IMG/VR virus record: IMGVR_UViG_3300031419_000378
Location: 1-64,000 of that record
Length of the DNA: 64,000 bases
Reading direction: 5' to 3' (one strand)
Source of the DNA: a virus
Lineage: Duplodnaviria > Caudoviricetes
Part shown: one piece after another, positions 18,111-28,536 of the stretch
Numbering within the stretch: the first letter of the stretch is position 1
Layout: each line of letters begins with the position of its first letter
Translations under genes and position numbers: made by a program
The notes under the pieces: generated by a model
The model's database searches: none
Told to the model about the DNA's origin: nothing
The model's input: the letters and a program-made list of their open reading frames with translations, nothing else

Positions 18111-18488
18111 ATGCTTTTTGAAATAGCAGCAGTTGTAACCATAGTTGATGGGTTAAAAGGGTATTTATCCAACAACAACAAAGAGAAAGTAGCGGCAGCA
18201 GCCGGGCAACTTAATGAATCAATCACCTTAACTAGACTTTATCTAAGAGATAAAAACGTTGGTAAATTTGAAGGTATCGAGCAAGAAAGAGCAGACGAAA
18301 TAGCATTATCTTGGACTAAGACAGCTTCTTTGATAGGACAATTCAATCCTGATCTCGCGGAGGTTTGCATGAAAAAGGTACTTCTCTGGAGCTATCCTGA
18401 TAATCAGCCGAGACAAGTTATAGTCGAAAAGGGTCTTACTCTCGCTCGTCTACAGCAGGATTTAAAAGTTCTCATGAATATGAAGTAA
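18111..18488 (+). CDS. AT-rich hypothetical moron
   Basis: GGAGG RBS; followed by AACCGCC-tccg-GGCGGTT-T7 terminator. Confidence 0.65.
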   Translation: MLFEIAAVVTIVDGLKGYLSNNNKEKVAAAAGQLNESITLTRLYLRDKNVGKFEGIEQERADEIALSWTKTASLIGQFNPDLAEVCMKKVLLWSYPDNQPRQVIVEKGLTLARLQQDLKVLMNMK

Positions 18489-18522
18489 CCGCCTCCGGGC
18501 GGTTTTTTTATTGGAGCAACGA

Positions 18523-18963
18523 ATGATAGTCTCACCAGATGCCACTGTCATTGGTGGCACCAATATACCTGGCATAATCGTTCCTGGCGCTATCGTTATT
18601 GGCGGGCAGGTCAAACCGCCTGCGGACACGATATTCATCCAGAACGATAGTAACAAAACACCCACGTCGCCGTGGTTCGTAACGCAGATAGATAGCACGC
18701 ATTACACGATGCTGAACGCAACCGCCCCTAAAGGTTGGCAATATCTTGGAGCATTCCTCGTCAGCGGAGAAACTGGCGCTCAAATCGGGCGTGCAGATGG
18801 TGCTGTCTGGACGATATCAAACCCCAGCATGGTGCAGCATATAAGCACATCCGCTGGTGGTCAGGCTGCCGTGAGCATACTCACAGCTGGAACCTGCACG
18901 CTGACGGTGACGTTGCGCGACATGGTTTCTACGCTGGTGATCACCGCAGTCGCCGCACCCTGA
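18523..18963 (+). CDS. Hypothetical protein with Ig-like C-terminus
   Basis: GGAG RBS; beta-rich C-terminus (WTISNPS..AAVSILTAGTCTLTVT) like bacterial Ig group 2. Confidence 0.55.
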   Translation: MIVSPDATVIGGTNIPGIIVPGAIVIGGQVKPPADTIFIQNDSNKTPTSPWFVTQIDSTHYTMLNATAPKGWQYLGAFLVSGETGAQIGRADGAVWTISNPSMVQHISTSAGGQAAVSILTAGTCTLTVTLRDMVSTLVITAVAAP

Positions 18964-18976
18964 ATTAGAGGAAAAA

Positions 18977-19225
18977 ATGTCTACTGAAAATAAAACGGTG
19001 GGAACGTCCTGGACGCTCATTGCGAGCGGTGCCGATTCTATGTTGATCACAGCTGTTGCCGGTTACGGGGATATCTGTGAATCAACCGGCATTCCGCCCG
19101 AATCCCTGTTAGGCCACCCGATTTATGCTGGTGGTGAAAAAAATAACTCATACACAGCGACGGGAGAGATTTACGGGCGGGCAGCGGCGGGATCATCACA
19201 GATGCAACTGGCATTGACGCCATAA
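18977..19225 (+). CDS. Phage hypothetical protein
   Basis: 82 aa, GAGG RBS. Confidence 0.55.
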   Translation: MSTENKTVGTSWTLIASGADSMLITAVAGYGDICESTGIPPESLLGHPIYAGGEKNNSYTATGEIYGRAAAGSSQMQLALTP

Positions 19226-19360
19226 AGAAATATGAAGGTGGGCGACTGCTGGCAGCGGTAACTGCCAGCAGACATCCATACCCACGGTACAGTCATGATG
19301 AGTATGAACCAAGGCCCAGCTCGCTCTGCAGAGCCGGGCCATTTTATTGGATTCTCAGAA

Positions 19361-20164
19361 ATGACCACAACAGAAAATCTTCCGCAGCTCACTATCATTT
19401 ACCTATCGTTGAGCGAAATCATCCCTCATGTACGTAATGCGCGCACTCATTCAGAAGCGCAGGTGCAGCAAATCGCCGCCAGCATTACTGAGTTCGGCTG
19501 GACTAATCCCGTACTGATAGATGAATCAGGGGATCTGATAGCAGGGCATGGTCGTGTGATGGCTGCTGAAAAGCTCGGTATAACCGATGTGCCGGCCATC
19601 ATCCTGCCGGGATTATCAGCAGAGCAAAAACAAGCCTACCGGATAGCTGATAATAAGCTGGCGCTGAATGCAGGCTGGGACACCGAACTGTTAAAGCTGG
19701 AATTTGCTGAGTTAATGGATGCGCAGTTCGACATCAGCCTGACGGGGTTCAGCCTGGAAGAGGTGGACGAATTGCTGGTGGAGGTCGAAACCGAAACCCT
19801 CAATGATGAAGATCCCTACACTGCAAAAATCGACACGCCGGTTTATGAGCCATCCGAAACAGTCCCTGCAGTTTCAGAGCTGTATGACGAAATTAAAACG
19901 CGGGATCTCCGGGAGCGCATTCAAGCGGCAGAACTCCCGCCTGAGGTAGAAAGGTTTCTGCTCAGCGCTGCAGAGCGCCACACCGTTTTTCACTTCAATA
20001 AAATAGCTGATTACTACGCATCTGCGAGTGCTGAGGTTCAGGCGCTGTTTGAGGAATCTGCTCTGGTCATAATCGACTATGAAAAGGCGATTGAACATGG
20101 ATTCGTCCATCTGACAAAAAAGATGGTAGAGATCGTCCACGGTGAGGAGGAAGAGCATGCGTGA
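19361..20164 (+). CDS. ParB/Srx N-terminal domain protein of the phage DNA-modification type
   Basis: L.P..RNARTHSEAQVQQIAASITEFGWTNPVLIDE...LIAGHGRVMAAEKLG..AYRIADNKLALNAGWD; no methyltransferase motifs in the acidic C-terminus. Confidence 0.8.
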   Translation: MTTTENLPQLTIIYLSLSEIIPHVRNARTHSEAQVQQIAASITEFGWTNPVLIDESGDLIAGHGRVMAAEKLGITDVPAIILPGLSAEQKQAYRIADNKLALNAGWDTELLKLEFAELMDAQFDISLTGFSLEEVDELLVEVETETLNDEDPYTAKIDTPVYEPSETVPAVSELYDEIKTRDLRERIQAAELPPEVERFLLSAAERHTVFHFNKIADYYASASAEVQALFEESALVIIDYEKAIEHGFVHLTKKMVEIVHGEEEEHA

Positions 20165-21014
20165 TGATTTCTGCGCATTCATCCTGAGCCATGGGCGCCC
20201 GGATAAAATCTATACGCTGAACCTGTTAAAAAAATCAGGCTACACGGGGAAGTATTTTATCGTCATAGACGATGAGGACACAACCCGGGAGCGTTATCAG
20301 GAATTGTTCGGCGACAAAGTGCTGGTTTTCTCAAAGAGCGATATCGCCAGCCGTTTCGATGAGGCCGACAATTTTGGTGACCGACGTTCAATTTTCTATG
20401 CCCGTAATGCCTGTTTCGATTTGGCAAGAAAAGTGGGCTGCAAATATTTTATCGAGCTGGACGATGATTACACGGCGTTTCAGTTCAGGGTTGGCAAGGA
20501 GCTTGAAAAGGACTATTGCCTGATAACCCGTCTCGACCCGGTACTGGAGGCGATGCTTGAATATTACGAGTCTATCCCGGCTAAAACTATCGCAATGGCT
20601 CAGGGTGGAGATTTCCTCGGAGATTCAAATAACGCCTCATGGCTGAAACGGAAAGCCATGAACAGCCTGATTTGCTCCACTGACAGGGCATTTGAGTTTA
20701 TTGGCCGTATCAATGAGGACGTGAACACCTACACGACACTCGGCCGCCGTGGTGAGCTATTCCTGACTATTGGAGCCGTACAGCTACTGCAGAAACCCAC
20801 ACAGTCGAACAGCGGCGGTATGACAGAGTTGTATCTGGCATCAGGAACATACGTCAAAAGTTTCTACTCTGTGATGTACTCACCATCATGCGTGAAAATC
20901 TCAACAATGGGTTTAGCCCATGAGCGTATTCATCACCGGATCAGTTGGAACAACACCGCAGTAAAAATTCTCAACGAAAAGTATAAAAAACGCCTGCCGA
21001 CCGACAGGGGGTAA
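20157..21014 (+). CDS. GREB1-like/TET-associated GT-A glycosyltransferase (putative DNA base glycosyltransferase)
   Basis: FILSHGRP, YFIVIDDED, ARNACFD.A...G.KYFIELDDDY (DxD), F.GRINEDVNTY; ATG at 20157 overlaps the ParB stop. Confidence 0.7.
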   Translation: MRDDFCAFILSHGRPDKIYTLNLLKKSGYTGKYFIVIDDEDTTRERYQELFGDKVLVFSKSDIASRFDEADNFGDRRSIFYARNACFDLARKVGCKYFIELDDDYTAFQFRVGKELEKDYCLITRLDPVLEAMLEYYESIPAKTIAMAQGGDFLGDSNNASWLKRKAMNSLICSTDRAFEFIGRINEDVNTYTTLGRRGELFLTIGAVQLLQKPTQSNSGGMTELYLASGTYVKSFYSVMYSPSCVKISTMGLAHERIHHRISWNNTAVKILNEKYKKRLPTDRG

Positions 21015-21016
21015 TC

Positions 21017-21268
21017 ATGCTCCCTTTGTCAAAAATTGAATCCCTCGCAGCCTTTCGAATGAACGAACAGCAGATAGCTGACGTCCTGGATATCGATCTG
21101 GTTGACCTCAAACATAACCGCGAATTGATGGGCTCATTCAGGGATGCCATGAGGAAGGGGCGAGCGAAAGGCGAGGTAGAGCTAAGGCGTGCTTTATATG
21201 AGCGTGCGCGCAAAGGCGATGCCAGCGCATATAACGAACTAATGAGATTATCTGTCAGTAAGGACTGA
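21017..21268 (+). CDS. Small HTH protein (TerS-like DNA-binding)
   Basis: EQQIADVLDID HTH, then KGRAKGEVELRRALYERARKGD. Confidence 0.6.
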   Translation: MLPLSKIESLAAFRMNEQQIADVLDIDLVDLKHNRELMGSFRDAMRKGRAKGEVELRRALYERARKGDASAYNELMRLSVSKD

Positions 21269-21269
21269 T

Positions 21270-22370
21270 ATGAGCAAACCCGACTGGAGGGCGCTGCAGT
21301 CTCAGTTTGCTGCTGCTCATGCCAGTACGGGTATATCACCCAAAGCCTGGTGTGAACAGGAGGGATTAAACTACAGCAGCGCTCGCCGCTACATAAAAAA
21401 GCCGGTAAGAAAAACTGCGCAAAAAAACTCTGAGGGAACTGCGCAAAAAACTGCGCAAAAGAAATCTGCGCAAAAATCCTCAAATGCCTCAATCAGCCAG
21501 AAGGCCGAGCCTGCAAGGGCTGCGCAAAAGAAAAGTGCGCACGTTCCGAACGCTTCCTCATTTTGCGCAGATTTAAATGCGCAGGAACAAACATTCGTGA
21601 CCGAGTTTTTAAAGACCCGTGACAAATATGCGGCCTATAAAAAAGCGGGTTACACCGGCGGGGATCGCGCTGCCAGAATGCTCCATCGAAAGCCCAACAT
21701 AACGCGGGCTATCAATCGCGGCCTGGAGCAGCTGCACCAAGATGCAGTGTTGAGCGGGCAGGAGGTATTGCGGCACTGGCATGAAATCGCTATTGCCGAT
21801 CCCGGTGAGATTTCACAGATGCGCCGATGCTGTTGCAGGCATTGCTGGGGTGAGCGATTTCTCTATCAGTGGCGCGATATTGATGAATATGACCGCGCCG
21901 CAGAAAAAGCCATTGCCGATGGTAAGCCGCAGCCTGAATACGGCGGCCTGGGATTTATTGAGAACGATGATCCCAATCCCGATTGTCCACGTTGTGCCGG
22001 TGAAGGGGTGGCAGATGTTTATCTTGCTGATACCCGCGATATAACTGGCCCATCACGCCGCCTGATAGCCGGGGTGAAAAAATCCAAATTCGGCATTGAG
22101 ATAATGATGCGCGATCAGGACGCAGCACTGAAAAATCTGGCGGCATTTCATCAACTGGCTGTCAGTGAGCAGGAGCGTGAGCTGCGCTTACTCAAGGCAG
22201 AACAGACACGTCTGGCGAATGAAAAACTCCAGGCCGAAATTGAGGCTCTGAGAAAACAACTTGCCGCAAAAAATGAGGAGGATGAGGAGCCGTTGCCGGT
22301 AGCGATAAACATTAACGTCGTGGATGCACGCGTGAGGGATGACGATGACGGGGATTTCACCGCAACTTAA
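21270..22370 (+). CDS. terS: Terminase small subunit with Cys-rich insert
   Basis: MSKPDW N-terminus; LNAQEQTFVTEF..AYKKAGY..AARML..P.I; RRCCCRHCWG/PDCPRC.G.G insert. Confidence 0.8.
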   Translation: MSKPDWRALQSQFAAAHASTGISPKAWCEQEGLNYSSARRYIKKPVRKTAQKNSEGTAQKTAQKKSAQKSSNASISQKAEPARAAQKKSAHVPNASSFCADLNAQEQTFVTEFLKTRDKYAAYKKAGYTGGDRAARMLHRKPNITRAINRGLEQLHQDAVLSGQEVLRHWHEIAIADPGEISQMRRCCCRHCWGERFLYQWRDIDEYDRAAEKAIADGKPQPEYGGLGFIENDDPNPDCPRCAGEGVADVYLADTRDITGPSRRLIAGVKKSKFGIEIMMRDQDAALKNLAAFHQLAVSEQERELRLLKAEQTRLANEKLQAEIEALRKQLAAKNEEDEEPLPVAININVVDARVRDDDDGDFTAT

Positions 22371-23652
22371 TATTCCTCAGGCGCGATTCCTCGCAATGCC
22401 ACATAAATTCAAAGCGTATGTCGCCGGATTCGGTTCCGGTAAAACGTGGGTCGGCTGCGGCGGGCTGTGCAAGGGCGCCTGGGAACATCCGAAAATCAAT
22501 CAGGGGTATTTTGCCCCGACCTATCCGCAGATACGCGACATTTTTTATCCCACGATTGAAGAAGTAGCGTTCGATTGGGGATTGAAGACCAAAATCAACG
22601 AGGGCAACAAAGAGGTCCATTTTTATGCTGGACGGCAGTACCGTGGAACCACGCTCTGCCGGTCGATGGAAAAACCGCAGACGATAGTCGGTTTTAAAAT
22701 CGGTAAAGCGTTGATCGATGAGCTGGACGTTCTGCCGACAAAAAAAGCGCAAATGGCCTGGCGAAAAATAATCGCCCGTATGCGTTATAAAGTTCCAGGA
22801 CTGCTCAACGGCATAGACGTGACAACGACCCCAGAGGGGTTCAAGTTCGTTTACCAGCAATTTGTTAAGGCTATGAGGGAAAAGCCATCACTGGCTGGCA
22901 TGTATGGTCTCATTCAGGCGTCCACGTTTGATAATGAGAAAAATCTCCCGGATGACTATATCCCATCCCTGATGGCCAGCTATCCACCTGAGCTGATCAA
23001 AGCCTACCTCAAAGGGCAATTTACCAACCTCGTTAGCGGCACCATTTATCACCAGTTTGATCGCGTTCTGAATAACTGCGAGGAGGAAGAGCAGCCAGGG
23101 GAGCCGATCTACATCGGGATGGATTTCAACGTGGGGAAAATGACGGGGATCGTTCACGTTCTCCGCCTGGGCCTGCCGTGTGCGGTTACTGAGATAACAA
23201 AGGGGATGGATACGCCGGACATGATTCGCATGATCAAAGAGCGTTTCTGGCTGTATGACGGCAATAATTATCGCAAAACGCGCGAAATTTATATCTATCC
23301 CGACGCCTCCGGTGATTCCCGAAAATCAATCAATGCCAGTGCAACGGACATAGCCCAGTTAAAACAGGCTGGGTTTACCGTTGTCGTTAATGCTGCCAAT
23401 CCGCCCGTAAAAGATCGCGTCAACTCAATGAATGCCATGTTCTGCAACGGTAATGGAGTGCGGCGCTACAAGGTGAACGTTAAACGCTGTCCTGTTTACG
23501 CTGAGGCGCTTGAGCAGCAGGTATGGGGCGACAACGGCGAGCCTGATAAATCAGATGACAATGACCACCCGAACGATGCTGGTGGCTATTTCATCATTAA
23601 ACAATTCCCAATAGTTAAACCGACCGGAAAAGTCACAAAATTGCGGATGTAA
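22339..23652 (+). CDS. terL: Terminase large subunit
   Basis: Walker A GFGSGKT, Walker B ALIDELD, TTTPEG, nuclease GMDFNV and DHPND. Confidence 0.92.
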   Translation: MTMTGISPQLNIPQARFLAMPHKFKAYVAGFGSGKTWVGCGGLCKGAWEHPKINQGYFAPTYPQIRDIFYPTIEEVAFDWGLKTKINEGNKEVHFYAGRQYRGTTLCRSMEKPQTIVGFKIGKALIDELDVLPTKKAQMAWRKIIARMRYKVPGLLNGIDVTTTPEGFKFVYQQFVKAMREKPSLAGMYGLIQASTFDNEKNLPDDYIPSLMASYPPELIKAYLKGQFTNLVSGTIYHQFDRVLNNCEEEEQPGEPIYIGMDFNVGKMTGIVHVLRLGLPCAVTEITKGMDTPDMIRMIKERFWLYDGNNYRKTREIYIYPDASGDSRKSINASATDIAQLKQAGFTVVVNAANPPVKDRVNSMNAMFCNGNGVRRYKVNVKRCPVYAEALEQQVWGDNGEPDKSDDNDHPNDAGGYFIIKQFPIVKPTGKVTKLRM

Positions 23653-23655
23653 TTT

Positions 23656-25044
23656 ATGCCTGATATTTCTACCCCGAATCTCGACTATAACGACATGCTG
23701 GACGCGTGGGATCTCAATGACGCGCTGATGGGCGGCACATTTTATATCCGCCAGCTCGGTGAGATTTATATGCCACGCTGGATTAATGAGGAGAAAGAGG
23801 ATTACCTGCGCCGCCTGGCTATTTCGACATTACTCCCAGCCTACGAGGAAACGATCAAGCAGAACTGCGGGCGGGTTTTTGCTGACGTTGTGCAGCTGAG
23901 TGAAAACACACCTGAGCGAATAGTGGAGTACTCAAAAAATATTGATTTGGTTGGGAATCGCCTGGACGTCTGGGCTCAGGAGTTTTTTAGCCTTGGTTTG
24001 CAATATGGCCTCGTTCACGCGCTGGTTGATCATCCTCGTATTGATAAAGCTGTGGTGCGCACACGAGCAGATGAAATTGCTGCAGGCGCACGTCCCTACG
24101 TGACGATACTTAACCCTAAACAGGTTATCGGCTGGAAGTCGAAGCCGTTAAACGGTCGGATGGTGCTGACTGAATTACGTATCCGCGAGGTTGTGGTTAT
24201 TGACGTCGAGAGTTTTGGTCAGAAAAAGATAGAGCAAATTCGCTACATCCTGCCTGGTAAAGTAGAAATCTGGCGCAAAGGTGTTGGGGTAGAGGATAAA
24301 AACGTCTGGCTGCTGCATGAGGCATGGGAGACCAGCAGACAGGATATTCCGCTTGTCACTTTTTACACCAAGAGCACTGGATTTATGCGCGGTAAACCGC
24401 CGCTGCTTGAACTGGCCCACCTGAATATCAAACACTGGCAGAGTCAGAGCGAGCAGGACAACATCCTGCACGTTGCTCGTGTACCGCTTTTGGTGACGTT
24501 CGGGCTTGCTGAGGGTGAAACCTTAAAAATCGGGGCATCAAGTGCAACGAATTTCACAGATCGGGAGCAGCAGGGCGTTGAGTACGTAGAGCATACCGGC
24601 AGCGCCATCGGTGCGGGGCAAACCTCTCTCGACACCCTGGAGGATCAGATGCGCATGGCCGGTGCAAAACTGCTGCGTGCTGAGAATACCTCCACCAAAT
24701 CCGTAGACCAGACGGAGCAGGAAACAATGCAGGAAAACTCGCCACTGTTCACGATGGCGAATTCCCTGGAGGACGCGCTGGATAACATACTGCAGATCAT
24801 GGCCGAGTACATTGGCGAGCGTGATGGCGGTAATGTCGATGTGCGTACCGAGCTGGACGTTGCAGACCAATCATTTAACGCCCCTTCAGCGCTGGCTATT
24901 CAGAGCCTGCGGCAGGGTGGCGACATACGTCCGATTGATGCGGTACGAGCCTATCAGCGCCTTAAAATCATCGACCCTGACGCTACGCCTGAGAACGTGC
25001 TGGATGAGTTGCAAAATCTGCCTGTGGTGCTGAGCGGAGGTTAA
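23656..25044 (+). CDS. Portal protein (DUF4055 type)
   Basis: Position after terL; Y..RL.....PAY..TI....GR.F; PPLL.LA.LNI.H.Q..S. Confidence 0.85.
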   Translation: MPDISTPNLDYNDMLDAWDLNDALMGGTFYIRQLGEIYMPRWINEEKEDYLRRLAISTLLPAYEETIKQNCGRVFADVVQLSENTPERIVEYSKNIDLVGNRLDVWAQEFFSLGLQYGLVHALVDHPRIDKAVVRTRADEIAAGARPYVTILNPKQVIGWKSKPLNGRMVLTELRIREVVVIDVESFGQKKIEQIRYILPGKVEIWRKGVGVEDKNVWLLHEAWETSRQDIPLVTFYTKSTGFMRGKPPLLELAHLNIKHWQSQSEQDNILHVARVPLLVTFGLAEGETLKIGASSATNFTDREQQGVEYVEHTGSAIGAGQTSLDTLEDQMRMAGAKLLRAENTSTKSVDQTEQETMQENSPLFTMANSLEDALDNILQIMAEYIGERDGGNVDVRTELDVADQSFNAPSALAIQSLRQGGDIRPIDAVRAYQRLKIIDPDATPENVLDELQNLPVVLSGG

Positions 25045-25045
25045 T

Positions 25046-26158
25046 GTGGTAACCATCAACGAAACCCTGCGCGATGAGTCGATAGCTCACGCGCTGTGGA
25101 TTAGCCGTTACAGCACTGGCGTGGCGGGGCGTATGTTAAAAACGCTCAATGAGAGTGACGCCGAGCTATCGGCGCGGCTCATTGTTGCCCTGGAAACAAT
25201 GGACCCTATGAGTTTCACAGTACAGCGCCTCGAAACGATGCTGGTGGGCGTGCGTGAGATTAACAGGCACGCCACCGCTGCCTATCTCAACAGCATGACG
25301 ACAGAACTCCGCGATTTTGCAGAGCATGAGGCAGGATTTCAGCTGAGCCTGTTTGATGCCCTGCTGCCTGATGAGGTCAAAACCCACTATCCACTGCAGT
25401 CAGTAACTCCCGAAATGGTTTATGCCGCGGCTATGTCGAGACCATTCCAGGGGAAACTACTCAGGGAATGGGCCTCAGGTCTGGAGGCGGACAGGATGGC
25501 TCGCATATCCAACACCATCAGACAGGGTTTTTTACTCGGAGACACGACAACACAACTGGCGAAAAAAATACGCGGCCACGCGAACCGGGGTTATCAGGAT
25601 GGCGCGCTACAGATGAGCCGCAGCAACGCAGCCAGCATCGCTAAAACTGCGGTCGGCCACGTTGCAGCAACCGCCAGAGAGGAGTTCGCCAGTGTTAACG
25701 ACGACCTGCTGAGCGGTAAACAGTGGCTATCGACGCTGGATAATCACACCACGCCTACGTGCCGCATCCGGGATCGCCTGCGCTATACGCTCGCTAACAA
25801 ACCTATCGGCCACAAAATCCCCTATCTGCAGGGGCCGGGTAAAATCCATTTCTGCTGTCGCTCAACAGAGACTCTGATCCTCAAATCGGCAGCAGAGTTA
25901 GGGCTGGATATTCGTGAGATTTCAGGCACAACACGCGCCAGCATGGATGGTCAGGTTCCGGCTGATACTGATTACAGTGGTTGGTTTACTCGCCAGCCGT
26001 ATGAGCGTCAAAAGCAGATAGTCGGGCAGCAGCGCGCCAGACTGATGAGAGATGGCGGAATGTCGCCGGACCAGTTCTACACCGACAGGGGGGATTGGCT
26101 GACGCTGGCGCAATTACGGGAACGGGATGAACAAGCGTTTATTAGGGCAGGGATCTGA
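25046..26158 (+). CDS. Minor head morphogenesis protein (Mu gpF/SPP1 gp7-like)
   Basis: QWLSTLDNHTT..CRIRD...HFCCRS motif. Confidence 0.8.
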   Translation: MVTINETLRDESIAHALWISRYSTGVAGRMLKTLNESDAELSARLIVALETMDPMSFTVQRLETMLVGVREINRHATAAYLNSMTTELRDFAEHEAGFQLSLFDALLPDEVKTHYPLQSVTPEMVYAAAMSRPFQGKLLREWASGLEADRMARISNTIRQGFLLGDTTTQLAKKIRGHANRGYQDGALQMSRSNAASIAKTAVGHVAATAREEFASVNDDLLSGKQWLSTLDNHTTPTCRIRDRLRYTLANKPIGHKIPYLQGPGKIHFCCRSTETLILKSAAELGLDIREISGTTRASMDGQVPADTDYSGWFTRQPYERQKQIVGQQRARLMRDGGMSPDQFYTDRGDWLTLAQLRERDEQAFIRAGI

Positions 26159-26159
26159 T

Positions 26160-26393
26160 ATGCATAATTCAGTGCTCCGAAACGGAGCTGGCAGCAACTT
26201 TCACTATGTAGGCGATGGGCGCGGTCGGCGATATATTTTTATTAATGGAAATAAAATAAAAAATTGTATATGGGCTGATATTAATCGGGGGATCGCAGTT
26301 TTTTGCCCCAATCCTTTCAGGGCGCATAAAACAAAAAGGGACGAAGTTTATTCGCGAAAACTTCGCGGAAAAATATTTATCGAATTTATTTAA
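26160..26393 (+). CDS. Small AT-rich hypothetical protein
   Basis: ATG directly after the upstream stop; terminator near 26420-26445. Confidence 0.5.
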   Translation: MHNSVLRNGAGSNFHYVGDGRGRRYIFINGNKIKNCIWADINRGIAVFCPNPFRAHKTKRDEVYSRKLRGKIFIEFI

Positions 26394-26506
26394 TTTTTTT
26401 ACTTTTATTTTTTTCTCATGAGCTGCCTATGGGCGGCTTTTTTATTGCCGCAATTCGGATGATGCGTGGCGCAACGGTCGGATGACCAGCTAACCAGGTA
26501 AAAGAC

Positions 26507-27271
26507 ATGAAACTGAAGACAGTTGAAGTAAACGGCAAAAACTACGCAGAAGTAGACGCAAACGGCATGCCGGTTTACGTGCATGATGATGGCAAAGAAA
26601 TCGGGTTCGATGCTGCTCAGGCGGTCAGCAAAATTTCAGCCCTGAACGGCGAGGCAAAAACTCACCGCGAGGCGAAAGAGGCAGCAGAAACCAAGCTGGC
26701 AACCTACGCCAAAATCAGCGATCCGGCTAAGGCGCTTGAAGCACTGGAGCTGGCGACAAAAATCGACCAGAAAAAACTGATTGATGCCGGTGCAGTTGAT
26801 CAAGTCAGAGCGGAGATCACTAAGACCTTTCAGGCCCAGCTTGATGAGGCCACCGCGCAGAGCAAAGCGCTCGAAGGCCAACTGTACGAAGCAAAAATCG
26901 GCGGCAGTTTTGCAGCATCCAAATTCATCACCGACAAACTGGCGATCCCTTCTGATTTTGTGCAGGCCCGTTTCGGGCAGTCATTTAAGTTGGAAGATGG
27001 AAAAGTTGTAGCTTATGACCCAAGCGGCAACAAAATCTATTCGCGCTCAAAACCCGGTGAGCTTGCCAGCTTCGATGAAGCACTGGAACACTTGGTTGAG
27101 CAGTATCCGCAGAAAGATCACATCCTCAAAGCCAGCGGAAACAGTGGTGGTGGCTCACAGCAAACCCAGCATGCAGCAGGCCAGAAAACCATGAAGCGCT
27201 CTGCATTCGACTCGCTGGACCCTTCCGCAAGACAGGCGGCGCTGGCCGATAAAATCACCATCGTTGACTAA
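26507..27271 (+). CDS. Capsid scaffolding protein (DUF6651-like)
   Basis: Coiled-coil; position before capsid; A.FDEALE.LV..YP.KD.ILK.SG..GGG. Confidence 0.75.
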   Translation: MKLKTVEVNGKNYAEVDANGMPVYVHDDGKEIGFDAAQAVSKISALNGEAKTHREAKEAAETKLATYAKISDPAKALEALELATKIDQKKLIDAGAVDQVRAEITKTFQAQLDEATAQSKALEGQLYEAKIGGSFAASKFITDKLAIPSDFVQARFGQSFKLEDGKVVAYDPSGNKIYSRSKPGELASFDEALEHLVEQYPQKDHILKASGNSGGGSQQTQHAAGQKTMKRSAFDSLDPSARQAALADKITIVD

Positions 27272-27360
27272 TTTTGCTGCGCCCCCGGATGGGGGCCAGT
27301 GCCAGAGCTGGATAGCTCAGATAACCCTCGTTTAATTATTTTCACAGGAAATTTTCATTT

Positions 27361-28497
27361 ATGTCTAACACCCTCACCGGGTTAATCCCAACTATCTACA
27401 CCGCTCTGGATATTGTTTCCCGCGAACAGGTTGGATTTATTCCTGCCGTGGCACGAAATCCTAAAGCCGACGCCGCTGCCAAAGGGCAGACGGTATCAGC
27501 GCCGGTTGCACCTGCGGCCACAACTGTAGACATTGAGCCAGGCCCAACGGCGCCAGACGATGGCAATCAGGCTATCGGTAACGTTGATGTCGTCATTACT
27601 AAATCCAAAATGGCCCCTGTTAAATGGAATGGTGAGGAGCAGCTGGCGCTTGGCCCAGCAGGCACCTACAACACTATTCTCGCCGATCAGTTCACCCAGG
27701 CATTTCGCGCCATTGCAAACGAAGTTGATGCTGATCTTGCATCGCTTTATTACGGTTCATCCCGCGCAATCGGCACCATCGGCACAACGCCTTTCGGCAT
27801 CAAAGAGGAACTGACTGATTTTGCTCAGGCTCGTCAGGTGCTGGAGGACAACGGTTCACCAACAACAAACCTTCAAATGGTGCTGGGTTCGTCAGCCATC
27901 GCGAATTTGCGCGGGAAACAATCAGTGTTGTTTAAAACTAACGAAGCTGGCACTGATGAGCTGCTGCGTGAGGGCATTATCGGACGTATTGAGGGCTTTA
28001 ACCTTCATAACTCAGCCGGTATTAAAAAGGTTGGCGCTACTACTGCAGCTGGCTACCTGGTCAATGGCAGCAAAGAAGAAGGCGACGTTTTTATTTCGAT
28101 CGATACGGGCACTGGTGAAATTGCCCAGGGTTCTGTCGTCACCTTCGCTGGTGATAGCCACCGCTATGTGGTGCTTGCCGCTACTGCAACGACTATCACG
28201 TTCAGTGCGCCGGGATTGCGTCAGGATCTGGCAGATAATACCGAAATCACTGTGCAAGGCGGGTTCGTGCCAAACATGGCATTTGATCGCAACGCCTTTA
28301 TTCTTGCCTCGCGCACTCCGGCAATGCCAAAAGGTGGGGACTCAGCAGATGACATTATGACAGCAACTGATCCTGTATCGGGTATTACGTTCCAGGTTGC
28401 GCTGTATCGCCAGTATCGCCAGGTGCGTTACGAGGTTGGTCTGGCGTGGGGTGTGGCGTCAGTCAAACCTGCACATTCAGCGATCATTCTCGGTTAA
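27361..28497 (+). CDS. Major capsid protein (P22 coat-like)
   Basis: NTLTGLIPTIY.ALD.VSRE.VGFIP.V; position after scaffold. Confidence 0.85.
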   Translation: MSNTLTGLIPTIYTALDIVSREQVGFIPAVARNPKADAAAKGQTVSAPVAPAATTVDIEPGPTAPDDGNQAIGNVDVVITKSKMAPVKWNGEEQLALGPAGTYNTILADQFTQAFRAIANEVDADLASLYYGSSRAIGTIGTTPFGIKEELTDFAQARQVLEDNGSPTTNLQMVLGSSAIANLRGKQSVLFKTNEAGTDELLREGIIGRIEGFNLHNSAGIKKVGATTAAGYLVNGSKEEGDVFISIDTGTGEIAQGSVVTFAGDSHRYVVLAATATTITFSAPGLRQDLADNTEITVQGGFVPNMAFDRNAFILASRTPAMPKGGDSADDIMTATDPVSGITFQVALYRQYRQVRYEVGLAWGVASVKPAHSAIILG

Positions 28498-28536
28498 TCC
28501 AGGGGCTTCGGCCCCTTTCTTATTTCTGGAGGGCAT

